This document shows positions 48,779-61,644 of a stretch of 64,000 nucleotides of DNA, in pieces (position 1 is the stretch's first letter; each line of letters begins with the position of its first letter). The stretch is taken from NCBI RefSeq assembly GCF_011386835.1, contig NC_088792.1, positions 289,540,001 through 289,604,000 of the forward strand, read 5' to 3'. A program made the position numbers and the translations under genes. Below the pieces are notes generated by a model, which saw only the letters and a program-made list of their open reading frames with translations, did not search any database and had not been told where the DNA came from. Origin of the DNA: Chrysemys picta bellii (lineage: Eukaryota).

Positions 48779-50877
48779 TGAAGAGGAAGTGTAGCATCAT
48801 TAGAGTTGATGCATTTTAAAGAATCCTTATTGAGGTTGCAGGAACAAACCATCCCGATGTGTAGAAAGAATAGTAAATATGGCAGGCGACCAGCTTGGCT
48901 AAACAGTGAAATCCTTGCTGATCTTAAACGCAAAAAAGAAGCTTACAAGAAATGGAAGATTGGACAAATGACCAGGGAGGAGTATAAAAATATTGCTCAG
49001 GCGTGCAGGAGTGAAATCAGGAAGGCCAAATCACACTTGGAGTTGCAGTTAGCAAGAGATGTTAAGAGTAACAAGAAGGGTTTCTTCAGGTATGTTAGCA
49101 ACAAGAAGAAAATCAAGGAAAGTGTGGGCCCCTTACTGAATGAGGGAGGCAACCTAGTGACTGAGGATGTGGAAAAAGCTAATGTACTCAATGATTTTTT
49201 TGCCTCTGTCTTCACGAACAAGGTCAGCTCCCAGACTGCTGCACTGGGCAGTACAGCATGGGGAGAAGGTGACCAACGCCTCTGTGGAGAAAGAAGTGGT
49301 TCGGGACTATTTAGAAAAACTGGACGTGCACAAGTCCATGGGGCCGGATGCGCTGCATCCGAGGGTGCTAAAGGAGTTGGCGGGTGAGATTGCAGAGCCA
49401 TTAGCCATTATTTTTGAAAACTCATGGCGATCGGGGGAGGTCCCAGATGACTGGAAAAAGGCTAATGTAGTGCCCATCTTTAAAAAAGGGAAGAAGGAGG
49501 ATCCGGGGAACTACAGGCCAGTCAGCCTCACCTCAGTCCCTGGAAAAATCATGGAGCAGGTCCTCAAGGAATCAATTATGAAACATTTAGAGGAGAGGAA
49601 AGTGATCAGGAACAGTCAGCATAGATTCACGAAGGGGAAGTCGTGCCTGACTAACCTAATTGCCTTCTATGATGAGATAACTGGCTCTGTGGATGAGGGG
49701 AAAGCAGTGGATGTGTTATTCCTTGACTTTAGCAAAGCTTTTGATACGGTCTCCCACAGTATTCTTGCTGCCAAGTTAAAGAAGTATGGGCTGGATGAAT
49801 GGACTGTAAGGTGGATAGAAAGCTGGCTAGATCGTCGGGCTCAACGGGTAGTGATCAATGGCTCCATGTCTAGTTGGCAGCCGGTTTCAAGCGGAGTGCC
49901 CCAAGGGTCGGTCCTGGGGCCGGTTTTGTTTAATATCTTTATTAATGATCTGGAGGATGGTGTGGACTGCACTCTCAGCAAGTTTGCAGATGACACTAAA
50001 CTAGGAGGCGTGGTAGATACACTAGAGGGTAGGGATCGGATACAGAGGGACCTAGACAAATTAGAAGATTGGGACGAAAAAAACCTGATGAGGTTCAACA
50101 AGGACAAGTGCAGAGTCCTGCACTTAGGACGGAAGAATCCCATGCACTGCTACAGACTAGGGACCGAATGGCTAGGTAGCAGTTCTGCAGAAAAGGACCT
50201 AGGGGTCACAGTGGACGAGAAGCTGGATATGAGTCAACAGTGTGCTCTTGTTGCCAAGAAGGCTAACGGCATTTTGGGCTGTATCAGTAGGGGCATTGCC
50301 AGCAGATCGAGGGACGTGATCGTTCCCCTTTATTCGACATTGGTGAGGCCTCATCTGGAATACTGTGTCCAGTTTTGGGCCCCACACTACAAGAAGGATG
50401 TGGAAAAATTGGAAAGAGTCCAGCGGAGGGCAACAAAAATGATTAGGGGTCTGGAGCACATGACTTATGAGGAGAGGCTGAGGGAACTGGGATTGTTTAG
50501 TCTCCAGAAGAGAAGAATGAGGGGGGGATTTGATAGCAGCCTTCAACTACCTGAAGGGGGGTTCCAAAGAGGATGGAGTTCGGCTGTTCTCAGTGGTGGC
50601 AGACGACAGAACAAGGAGCAATGGTCTCAAGTTGCAGTGGGGGAGGTCCAGGTTGGATATCAGGAAAAACTATTTCACTAGGAGGGTGGTGAAACACTGG
50701 AATGCGTTACCTAGGGAGGTGGTGGAGTCTCCTTCCTTGGAGGTTTTTAAGGCCCGGCTTGACAAAGCCCTGGCTGGGATGATTTAGCTGGGAATTGGTC
50801 CTGCTTTGAGCAGGGGGTTGGACTAGATGACCTCTTGAGGTCCCTTCCAACTCTGATATTCTATGATTCTATGATTC
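48779..50877 (+). mobile_element. Young 5'-truncated CR1 LINE, RT largely intact
   Basis: ORFs 48806-49387 and 49167-50681 ([41 protein letters not shown]) with two frameshifts; (ATTCTATG)n 3' tail. Confidence 0.96.
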
Positions 50878-53088
50878 ATGGGCCTTCTGGCATGACTTAC
50901 CAATAAGGAGCCAGTTGTCGAGGTAAAGGCTTTGGGGGTGGTCACTATGCCAAAAGGGAGCACTCTGTAATGAAAATGGTCAGGGCCCATCATGAATCTG
51001 AGGAAGCACCTTCTTTTGGGGTATAAAAAAAGTCAGTCAAGTAAGAGCTGCTTCCTTGGTATCTAGAGGGGACATGTTCTGTCACTCCTTCCTCTAATAG
51101 GTAGTCCACCTCTTGCTTGAAAATAGTCTTGTGAGAGTAGTCCCTAAAGAGGGAGGAGATAGGAATGCAAATTCAATCACATAGCCAGCACAGATGACGT
51201 TCATCACCCATTGGTCTGTTACTACATTCTAGGGGTTGAGAGAGTGCCAGACAACCTACAAAAGGCATGTGAAGGTCGGACAATGTTTGGCCTAGTGGTT
51301 CACAGCTCTCATGGTCCCTTCAAAAATTGTGCCTCACTGGGGGTTGAGATTGGGAGGCCAAGCCTGTTGCAAAAGGTGCAGGGAAGTGAGTCCTTTGAAC
51401 ATTCTGCTTCATAGGGCATCTGATGAAAAAAACTGTTGAGCCACACATCTAGGTCTAGACGATTGTCGATGGAACTTTCTCTTGGGAGCAGGTGTATATG
51501 TCCCCAGAGAGTGGAGGATAGCCCTAACTAGTCCTTCAAACTATTGAGGAATTCATTCATCGTCTGACTGAGTAATTGTGATTCATCAAAGGGGAGTTCC
51601 TCCACAGTATTCTGGACCTCTCAAGGGAACCTTGACACATGGAGCCATGACTCTGCACATGACAATGGTAGTAGCCATGGCTCTAGAGGATATGTCAGTG
51701 GCATCGACTCTGTATTGGAGGGCAGTCTTGGCTATTAGTTTGACTTTGTCTATCAATGCCTGGAAACAAACTCTGTCCTGTAGTGGAAGACTGTCGGTGA
51801 ACTCCGCAAACTTATAGTAGTTCAGGAAGTCGCACTGGACCATTAATGGCTGGTAGTTGGCTATCCTGAACTGGAGATTAGATGACAAGAAGACCTTTCT
51901 CCCCAATAAGTCTAGGCACGTACTCTCTTTGTCTGCAGGAGCAGACTGTGGGTGTTGCTCTCTAGCCCTTTCAGAAGCTGCCTAAACCAGAATTGGGAGG
52001 AGGGTGAGAAAACAAAATTTCAGCCCCTTTGGCTGGCGCACATTTTTCCACCCAGTTGGGGATGGAAGCACAGGTGGCAGGAATGTGCCAAACAGCCTTC
52101 ATTGGCTCCATTATAGCTTAGTTTATCGAGAGCACTACTTTGTTGGATCCAGATGGGTGGAGGATGTCAAGGAGTTTGTGCTGGGATTCCTGAAACTCTT
52201 CATGAGGAATCTGTAGTTCTCCAGCAACCCTACAATGAAGATCCTGGAACTGCCTGAATTCATTGGGGGGAGGGAGGGAGACATAGGGGTTACCACTTCG
52301 TCCAGAGACAAAGATAGCAGTCTTGCTGGTTCTGGCAGAACTGCTGGATCCAGTGCGTATTGCTCTTCCTCCTCTGAAGGATCTGGAGGGAACAGAGTGT
52401 CTCCATCACGAGGAGGCAAGGAGTGACTCTCTAGCAGACTTGAGAGACTCTGCAGAGCGGTACTGGTCCCAGGGCCCCCAATATGGCCAGTAGGAAGGGT
52501 TAAAAGGGGGACATGGAAGCCCCAATGGCATGAAGTGCCAGTGGCTCCAAGCTAAATGCGGAAGTTGGTCCCAAGCAGGTGTAAGTCTTTTGAGTGGTGA
52601 AGGATATGTAGGGTAAGGAAACGAAGGCTCCTCGGGTGGTTTGGAGTCTCCCGATGAGGAAAAAGCTGATTCCTGTTCCAGAGATGTACCACCTTCCCAC
52701 TGAAGGGAAGTTGTATCTTGAAGAAGGAACAGGCAATAAACTTCTCTGAGCTGTTGATTTCCAGGTGGTGTTATAACAACATCTCTGGAAAGGAACAGAC
52801 CCAATGGAGGAGATGCCAGATCCAGGAGTATGAAGATGTCCTGTGGAGTGGCCTGGGACTCAGTTCTCCCCAGTGTAAGAGCGGTTGTCTTTGTCTGGAC
52901 CATCAGAGCTGGAGAGGGTGCTGTCGAAGACTGTGCCTCAAGTAGGAGGTGAACTGTCTTTGGCAGTGCCATCAGATCCGGAGGTCTGGGAGGTGCTGAG
53001 AACAATACAGACTGATCGCTTTCCAGTACGTATGGAGCTTGATGTTTATGGACTTTCTTGTTAAGCCTCTGGGACTTAGGATGTACTA

Positions 53089-53446
53089 CAGTAGAACCTC
53101 AGAGTTATAAACTGACCCTTCAACCACACATTCCATTTGGAACCATAAGTACACAATCAGGCAGCAGCAGAGACAAAAGAAAAAAAAAAGTGCAAATACA
53201 GCACGGTACTATGTTAAATGTAAACTACCAAAAAAAAGATTTGACAAGGTAAGGAAACTGTTTCTGTGCTTGCTTCGTTTAAATAAAGATCGTTAAAAGC
53301 TGGATTTTTTTTCTGCATAGTAAAGTTTCAAAGCTGTATTAAGTCAATGTTCAGTTGCAAACTTTTGAAAGCACCACCACGACGTTTTGTTCAGCGTCAT
53401 GAACAACCTCCAGTCCCAAGGTGCTCGTAACTCTGAGGTTCTACTG
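53089..53446. mobile_element. Tigger-like MITE
   Basis: cagtagaacctcagagtta / taactctgaggttctactg termini; TA TSD. Confidence 0.88.
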
Positions 53447-54325
53447 TAAGTCCTCTTGGACTGAGGTGCTGAGCTTTTCAGAGCCAAATCCGATGCCTTT
53501 GAAGTGGATTTTGAGGAAGACAGTCTCAGGCATATGAGAATGCTTCCTGGGTTCCCGAGAAGATCCTGCCAGGGGGTCAATGGGGGTAGCATCTCTGGCA
53601 TCAGTGTCAGACATAGCAGCAGGAGGCCCATGCCTTGCTTAGTCAGGCTGATGTACAGGGGGTTTTCCCAGTCTGGGTCCAATTGAGGGCTCACAGTCTT
53701 TTCCATGGAGGTGTTTTCAAAAGTGGAGTTCCTGCCCTTCCCAGGTACGGCTGGGGAACGAGTGGCAGATACTGCACCTCATTGCAATGTGAGCTTCCCC
53801 AAAGCAATATAGGCATTGTGGTTGTCACTGACAAAGAAGGATTGCAGGCAGGAAAAACAGTTTGAAGCCCTGAGTCCTGGGCTCAGTCCAGTACCCACAT
53901 GGGGCATTAGGGGGAAGGGAAGTGTTCCCCCAAAGATTAATCTAGCACTACAAAACTATGAAAACACTAAAATTATTAACTGTACAAGGCGCTAAAAACT
54001 AATTAACAAAGCTAAATAATATCTTAAGGGATGAAGCCAAAGCTACGGATACAGAGAGGTTCCGACCTGGCTCATGCAGCGGTGAGAAGGAACTGGAGAG
54101 GCAGTTGATCTGCCCCACCTTTTATCCACACTGTCAGAAACATCAGGTGAGCTAGGACGCACGTGCAGACCAGTGGACAATACTTGCAAATTCTCCAGCT
54201 CCAGGCACATGGTACGCATGCATAATCCACAGTGGAACATGTTAGGGACCATCACTTGAAGAAGAATCCACATTTCCTCATTTGAACAAAAAGTTGGTCA
54301 GATCATGGCTCCCAAGGACACTCAC

Positions 54326-54412
54326 TCTGAATTCCTTCTCTAGGATTTTCTTCCTAAGGTCATTTTCTTTCTGGAATGAAGCTGGATTTTCTGCACCAGG
54401 TCCTTGCCGTTG
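54326..54412 (-). CDS. NUGGC-like: NUGGC-like exon 5 (QRQGPGAENPASFQKENDLRKKILEKEFR)
   Basis: ctgttctctcatAG acceptor, GTgagt donor; 87 nt, phase 0/0. Confidence 0.82.
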
Positions 54413-55757
54413 CTATGAGAGAACAGAATACTGGAAGCATTAAAAACATTAGAAATTTAAAGCTCTATACTATTCCAATCATCAGGCTGTCCCCCATGGG
54501 GCAGGGTGGGGGTGGGGGGGGGTTAAGTCAGAAAAATTCCATGAACTAGAAACATTTGGCTAGACAAAATTGAACTCAACAAAGCTTTCTACTGCACAAA
54601 TCACTGAAGTTCCCAGAAGAGAACACTGAGGGAGTCCTCAAGACTCATCACACCCAAGCACAGCAGTGACTGGCACTCCACACCAATGTTATAGTGATAA
54701 AATTGAGATTAAGTAAAAGACAAGTAACTTCAACTTTATTTTGTGTAAGCCTCTCCACCCATCTTGCCTGAGGACCATGACACAAGAAGAGAAGACACGT
54801 ATCTAAGCCGGCTCCAAGCTCTTGAGGCATAATTTGTTTATTTTCTCTATAAAAGGTCCCTATACAATTGTACCACTGTTAACAAGTGAATAAAATTAAT
54901 CTAGCTATCACTGTATGTTAATAATTCTCAGTATTATTTTGTAGCAAATCAGGATTGGTGCCCTGTTATACTGAGTGCTATATTAATACACAGTAAGAGA
55001 CGACCCCTGATCTGAAGAGTTTACAGATTAAGACTAGAGAAAAGAAATGAGTAACCAAACAGGAAAACATGGGGAAGGAAGGAAGAGGGTTACAGGGATA
55101 GGACGTATAGACTTGCGCACAGTCTGATGGCTTCAAATAGTTAGTTGCACAGTATACATCAGCAATAATCAATCCTAGTATCGGAGGCAGAATTTTCATC
55201 CATCCATCCACTGCAATAGCTATTTGACTTTCTCTTGACCTATCACAAATGACGTACAATGCCTAACTTCTGTTCTTTAGACTATGGAATAGCCTTCCAA
55301 GAGAAGAGGAAGCTCTATTGCTTAGGTTGTTTCAAACCATACAGGGCAAAACACTGGAGGAACATATTGTAGGGTACAGTTCAGCACTGTCTCCTGGGTG
55401 ATGGACTAGAGCTAAGAGCATTTTCCTCTCTAACCTGGCAGTCTGAGAGCTGAGGATCCCCTACATCTCCTCTTAGTGTGCTGCTCCCAAGGTTTGAGTC
55501 AGATTTTCTTCATATGTGATCTCTGGATTATCCATCCTCCTTTTTTCCCCACTGGAACAACTAACCATGAAAAGCCTTTCTCCAGGTTTGAAATACAGCC
55601 CATCAGAGTCTAAGTGGCAGGGGTGAAGTTAGCTGGAGGATAACAGCTGTTTTAACCACCAACAAACATAATTTTCTACTGCCTGGAGGCTGTTTCCAGA
55701 CCCAAACATATCTGCCACCCAGTGTCTTGTGCTAGGAGGCGGAAAAGAATTACCAAC

Positions 55758-55875
55758 CTCTTGTTGGAGTTGAGCATAAAGTGTGTCCTTCTCCATCTCC
55801 ATTTGCACCCGCTGATTTTCCAGTTCTTCCAGTGATTTTTCTATGGGCTGGATTTCATCTCTTAAATCCAGGTCA
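55758..55875 (-). CDS. NUGGC-like: NUGGC-like exon 4 (DLDLRDEIQPIEKSLEELENQRVQMEMEKDTLYAQLQQE)
   Basis: cttgcAG acceptor; the donor GAG|GTtggt gives the phase 0 needed for exon 5 (alternative donor 4 nt downstream); 118 nt. Confidence 0.87.
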
Positions 55876-56165
55876 CTGCAAGATCCAGGTCATTTAAAAG
55901 TTAGGCTATAAAAAAAAGTGAGCCACTACAAAAAAAAAGACATTGCATACACCGATATTCTGCTGGAATTAAGTGGGTATTTTTGCTGTAAAAGAATTAC
56001 ACAGATATTCTGCTTTAATTGCTTGATTACTAACAGCAATTCATTGTGAACAAATTGACAATCCTGTGCCACTCGTTTTGTTTGCAAAGCTTTTCCAGAT
56101 GGGTGAGTTCTATGGCTCATTGGTTTGCACACCACACTATAATCTAGGGCCCTCATACTATAGGG

Positions 56166-56906
56166 CAGACGTGGGCAAAGTACAGCCCACGGGCCACATC
56201 CAGCCCATGGGACCATCCTGCCCAGCCCCTGAGCTCCCGGCTGGGGAGCCTAGTCCCCGGCCCCTCCCCCACTGTCCCCCCTTCCCTGCAGCCACGCCGC
56301 GGCGTGGGCCGCATTCTGGCCCGCCACTCCTGCTGGGAAACGTGGGGAGCGCAGCTGGCTCTGGCCGCGTGTCGCAGCTGCAAACTCCTGCTGCTGGTAA
56401 GGGGGTGGGGGGCGGAGGGGGGATTGGGTAAGGGAGCAGGGACCCTGGGGGGCAGTCAGGGAGGAGGGGGCGGTTGTATGGGGCGGAGGTTCTGGGGGGG
56501 CGGTCAGGGGATGGGGAACAGGGAGGGTTGGGAGTGGGAGTCCCGGGGGGCCTGTCAGGGGGCGGGGATGTGGATAGGGTCAGGAGGGCAGTCAGGGGAC
56601 AAGGAGCAGGGGGGCCTGGATAAGGAGGTGGGATCCCAGGGGGCAGTCAGGGGCAGGGGGTCCTGGGAGGGGATGAGGAGCAGAGGGCAGTTGGATAGGG
56701 GGCGGGAGTCCCGGGAGGGGGCAGTCAGGGGACAAGGAGCAGGGGGGGTTGGATGGGTTGGGGATTCTGAGGGGGGCAGTCAGGGGGCAGGAAGTGGGAG
56801 GAGTCAGATAGGGGGCAGGGGCCAGGCACAGCCTTCCCTACCCAGCCCTCCATACAGTTGCGCAACCCCGATGTGGCCCTCGGGCCAAAAAATTTGCCCA
56901 CCCGCA
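56166..56906. mobile_element. hAT-type non-autonomous element, G-rich interior
   Basis: gtgggcaaa TIR cores at both ends; near-identical flanks tatagggc / aatagggc. Confidence 0.8.
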
Positions 56907-57199
56907 ATAGGGCCTGATCCAGAGAGCACTGAAGTCACGGGGAAGACTCTTATTAACTTCAATAGCCTTTGGATCAGGTTCACAGCCACCAAAGCTGCGG
57001 ACATTACATGTAAAAACATAGGTTTCCTTGTTGGAAATAAAAAGCCCAGGCAAATATTTTCCAAGATTACCATGTAGCATACAACAACAAGCCAGTCACA
57101 CAGATAGGAAGATTAATGACAAAGCAAAAGGACACTATCCACCAGTGTTCGCTCTAATTTTTTATGTCCATGTGTGGCATGAATTTTGTTGTGTTCACC

Positions 57200-57685
57200 A
57201 ATATGGAGGTAATGTGGGACACATTGAGTGCAGGAGACTGGACTAGATGACCCCTCGAGGTCCCTTCCAGTTCTATGATTCTACATTGGTGCACATAACA
57301 AAATTCATGGGGTGGGGGTGGGGCCAAGGGGTTCGGAGTGTGGGAGGGGGCTCAGAGCTGGGGCAGAGGGTTGAAGTGTGGGCGGATGAAGACTCTGGCT
57401 ACGGGTGCGGGGTCTTGGGTGGGGCTAGGAATGAGGGGTTCAGGGAGTGGGAGGAGGCTCAGGGCTGGGGCAGAGGATTGGGTGCAGGGGGTGAGGGCTC
57501 CAGCTAGGGGTGAAGGCTCTGGGGTGGGGCCAGGAATGAGGGGTTCGGGGTGTGGGAGGGGTGCCTCTCCCCGCCGCGCCAGGTCCGTGCTGGGGGAGAG
57601 GCATCTCTCCCCGACGCAGCCCTAAGCCCCTGCGTGGGACTTAATAAGCAGCTGCGCGGCCACGCAGCTTAGAGGGAACTTAGTA
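57200..57685. mobile_element. Short CR1 3' end followed by G-rich DNA-transposon fragment
   Basis: ggactagatgacccctcgaggtcccttccagttctatgattc tail, then ggggtgggg-rich repeat. Confidence 0.6.
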
Positions 57686-58310
57686 ACACATCAATTCTGC
57701 TTCCCAGACAGTACCCAAGTGCATGCTCCCTGAATCCACTCTAGCCTTTTAAAGGTTAGAGTCTGAACAGCAAGACAACAATGATTTACATCAGCCACCA
57801 TGAACAAAGACAAAATGACTGCATCTTGGAAGGGGTGAGGGGGTTTACAATCCAGATCTGTGACTTGCGCTGAAATCAGAGGAAGCTGAGAGTGCTAACA
57901 CCTCACAGAACTAAGCTCTTGAATTTTAAGACAAGAGATAGAGAACCTGTGTGTTATGGGCCTGTAAAACGATCTACGGAAAGCACAAGTCAAGATACTA
58001 GAAAGCCCAGCACACAGACATTCTGAGGACAGATAAACATTTAGCACTTTTATAGCAATTTATATCCTAAGAGCACTGTACTAGTGTGAGCTACAGGTGG
58101 TACAGTCCATTGTAATTCAACTGAAAGGTTAGGGACATTTCATCACGATTGGAAATGTTGATGAACTTAGTTCACTGCTGTGGCCAGTAATCCATATAGC
58201 CAACCGCCAGCGTAGCCCCGGCCAAACCAGAACACTTAATTGATCCTTTCTTGAACTCTGCACACTTGAGGACTGGTTTACATGGCGAGCCCTATAAGTA
58301 GTAGTATGAA

Positions 58311-58900
58311 TAGGGCCCAACCAAATTCATGGTCCATTTTGGTCAATTTCAGTCATAACATTTTAAAAATAATAAATTTCATGATTTCAGCTATTTAAAT
58401 CGGAAATTTCAGTGTGCTATAATAATTGTTGGGGTCCTGACCCAAAAAGGAGTGTGTGGGGGGATCGCAATGTTATTATAGGGGGGTTGCAGTACTGCTA
58501 CCCTTACTTCTGCGCTGCTGCTGACGGCTGTGGTGCCTTCAGAGCTGGGCAGCCAGACAGCAGTGTCTGTTGGCCGGGAGCCCAGCTCTGAAGCACAGAA
58601 GTAAGGATGGCATGGTATGGTGCTGCCACCCTTACTTCTGCACTGCTGTCTGCAGAGGTGGGCACCTGGCCAACAGCCGCCGCTTTCCAGCCTCCCAGCT
58701 CTGAAGTCAGTACAGAATCAAGGGTGGCAATATCGCAACTCCCCTAAAATAAACTTGTGATGCCCCCTGCAACTCCCTTTTGGGTCAGGACCCTCAATTT
58801 GAGAAGTGCTGGTCTCCCCTGTGAAATCTGCATAGTATAGAGTAAAAGCACACACGGTCCGTGACGTGTTTTTCATGGTTGTGAATTTGGTAGGGCCCTA
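58311..58900. mobile_element. hAT-type MITE
   Basis: TIRs tagggcccaaccaaattca / tgaatttggtagggcccta. Confidence 0.85.
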
Positions 58901-58901
58901 A

Positions 58902-59198
58902 GGGCAGGTCTACACTACCGCTGCCGGTCGATCTAAGCTACGCAATTTGAGTTACGTTAGTAGCATAACTTAAGTAAACATAGCTTAGATCTACTTACCG
59001 TGGGGTCCACATTACGCTATGTTGATGGGAGACACTCTCCTGCCGACATTGTTTCCGCCTCTCCTTGAGATGGAGTACAGAAATCGATGGGAGAGCGCTT
59101 TCCCATCGATTGAGCACGTCTTCACTAGACCCGCTGAATCAATGCCGCTGCATCGATTGCAGCAGCGCCGATTTAGCTCCATAGTGAAGACAAGCCCC
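58902..59198. mobile_element. Harbinger-type MITE
   Basis: gggcaggtctacacta...tagtgaagacaagccc termini. Confidence 0.82.
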
Positions 59199-59503
59199 AG
59201 GTATGAGGAGCCACACTGACGTTCACTGTACTGTAGCAGTGTCCACACAGGATGTTAGCGCACAGCAAGCTGGTGAGCTGCAGAGTCAGACCCTGGCTTG
59301 CTGCACAGTAACTTGCGAGCCCTTAGGCTCAGTGGGATCACCTCTACATTCTACCTCTACTTGTAATCGGTCCCATTTTATGAAAGTTAAGAGCATCTCT
59401 TGTACCCCTGGCAAGTTGCTGAAGAGGTTCTCAGTTTAACAGAGCTTGAGTGATCAACCACTACCTCATGCAAGACATACTACTGGAGCAGCGTTGAAGT
59501 TAC

Positions 59504-59685
59504 CTCATTATTTCTGTAACTTTGAAGCTGTCAGTCTTAGTACAAACAAATGCTAAACTCCCATATTGGCCATCCATGAGCAGCTGCCTCCGCAGGTTTG
59601 CACTCAGCATCTCTTTGGCAGTCTTGTCATCCACTGCTCTGGTGATGTTGGCTACTACCCATACTGCATTGCAGTTCTTTAAATA
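59504..59685 (-). CDS. NUGGC-like: NUGGC-like exon 3 (YLKNCNAVWVVANITRAVDDKTAK...LAFVCTKTDSFKVTEIM), contains G4 TKxD
   Basis: ctttccatcttttAG acceptor, GTaact donor; 182 nt, phase 0 to 2. Confidence 0.96.
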
Positions 59686-59842
59686 CTAAAAGATGGAAAG
59701 AAAAGTCAGTTTACAGGAAAACTGTAGTGATTAGTTCTAAAACTTGAGAGTTTCAACCAATTCTTATGAAATAATACATTCAGAAACACTGTTCCAGAAT
59801 CTCCAAACCTGCACGGGTGTCTAAGTGGAAGAGTGACACTTA

Positions 59843-60096
59843 GGGCAGGTCTACACTATAGGGCTAAGTTGACCTAAGTTACGCAACTCCAGCTGCGTGA
59901 ACAACCTTAGGTCCGATGTACCTTAGGTCAACTTATTGCCGTGTCTACACCACACTAGGTCGACGGGAGAGTTTCTCCCGTCGACTTACCTTATGCTTCT
60001 TGTTCCAGTGGAGTACTGGAGTCAATGGGAGAGCAATCGGTGGTCGATTTAGCGGGTCTTCGCTAAATCGATCCCCTGGTAAGTTGAGACAAGCCC
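59843..60096. mobile_element. Harbinger-type MITE
   Basis: TTA TSD on both sides; gggcaggtctacacta / gagacaagccc termini. Confidence 0.85.
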
Positions 60097-60629
60097 TTAG
60101 AAATATTAAGTGGAAGCTCCAGATGGATAATGCAAAAGAAAAGAATTCCAAATCTATTTACGTGCTGAGGCTTTCAGAGTTGCTATATAACAGTTACATG
60201 TGTCTAACAGTGGTGAACCATTTTCCAAATTTAACGTTAATCAGGTTTTTTTTGCACTCTGTAACCTACTGAGACACTATAGGACAGTTGCCCAGACTTT
60301 CGCAGAATGTACTAATTCAAACACAATTTAGCAGTGTTGCTGATTGAGATGTACAAAAAGGGATTGCAATGGCAGAAAAAGTCTGCCTAGACACAAACAC
60401 AGCTGTGTTACTTCTGACTGGTTAACAGTTCTTCCAGCTGCTTACAAAAACTCGCTTGTACTGTGAAGAGGGCCTGAGTGTAAAATATCAATTCCAAAAA
60501 AGAACTCTGCCATTATATTGCTACAGAAGAACTGATCAATGGTCTATCTAGTACTATGATCAGTCCCTAATAGCAATCCATCCTTCTAAGGGAGGGGTAA
60601 ATGTCCTCAGGGCACCTAAGTGTGTGTAG

Positions 60630-60983
60630 CGGGGTGGTCACTCTGCTCCGGCCCTGAAAGGGTTAAAAGCCAGCCCTTGGAGGTCCGGGGGCGCAGTTAG
60701 GGAACAGAGAGCAGTTGGATGGGGCGGAGTGCGCGCAATCAGGGACAGGGAACAGGGTGGTTGGATAGGGCGTGGGATCTGGGGGGGGGGGGGGGGGGGG
60801 GTCAGAGGACAAGGGTGGGGTGGATGGATCAGGGGTTCTGAGGGGGCCAGTCGGGGAAGTGAGAGGGGGCGGATGGGGGCGGGGGCCAGACTGTTTGGAG
60901 AGGCACAGCTTTCCCTACCCAGCCCTTCATACGGTTTCGCATCCCGATGTGGCCCTTGGGCCAAAAAAAAGTTTGCCCACCCC
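60630..60983. mobile_element. Partial hAT-type element related to 56166-56906
   Basis: Shared end ccctacccagccc...gatgtggccct...gggccaaaaaa..tttgcccaccc. Confidence 0.75.
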
Positions 60984-61437
60984 CGTGCTACAGTGTGCAA
61001 TATGATAACATCTATGGTGATTATTTACAGACCTCAAATAACAATCAGTATATGCCCTGAAGCACAAAGATGGATAGCACTTGTAATTTTATCCTAATTA
61101 GTGCAGCTGTGGATGCCACTTATCCATAGAAGCTACTAATCCTAGAGTTTTAGTAATCAGCTTGTCACTATGGCATCATGCAGCAGCAAGTGCCACACAT
61201 TAATTACATGGTGTTGCAAATAGTTATGTTTGAAAACCAGGGGAAAAGGGAAGAGGTTGCTCATGCTCTCCGTGCATATCGAATGACATGTGTGCAAGAG
61301 CATTATACAGCAGTTAAGGAGGAAGATGCTGTTTCCATTGCAGATCAGGGTCTGAGAGCCAGAAGGGACACAAGGGTTTAAAAAACAAAACAAACCACAG
61401 CCTTAAAAGGGCTGCAATTTCAGAGATGCCATTTTAC

Positions 61438-61644
61438 CTCTTTGGCAGCATTATCCCTGGCAGCATTGGAATCTCGAATTCCAGGCAAATCCACCAGCAC
61501 TGCCCCAGTCTTCAAGACATCAGCACCGGGAACACGGATTTTGACACATTTAACAATGGGCCAAAATTCTCCACCTTTCATGTCGCGTAAGTTATCAGTC
61601 CGAGAGTCAATGAATTTCTCTATTTTGGTGCGGAAATCTGCTGC
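61438..61644 (-). CDS. NUGGC-like: NUGGC-like exon 2 (AADFRTKIEKFIDS...FWPIVKCVKI...VLVDLPGIRDSNAARDNAAKE), contains G3 DxPG
   Basis: ccctccgttgcttAG acceptor, GTaaaa donor; 207 nt, phase 0/0. Dynamin-family DLPG and family WPxxK motifs. Confidence 0.96.

Larger units (their letters stand above)
45775..54265 (-). mobile_element. Near-full-length degenerate DIRS element in intron 5, with nested CR1s and MITE
   Basis: YR peptides PPYTAFHKDKVLCLHPKFTPKVV (46507-46743) and WDLNLVLSAFTRSRFDPLASCS (46866-47156); RT fragments at about 50880-51200; ORF1 Zn finger CLYCFGEAH..CSICHSFP at about 53750-53830; DIRS-type termini. Confidence 0.85.

Noticed and set aside
48806-50681. Host reverse-transcriptase gene or active autonomous element
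   Set aside because: 5'-truncated CR1 lacking the endonuclease, with two frameshifts.
56304-57625. Gly-rich ORFs
   Set aside because: G-rich interiors of DNA-transposon derivatives.
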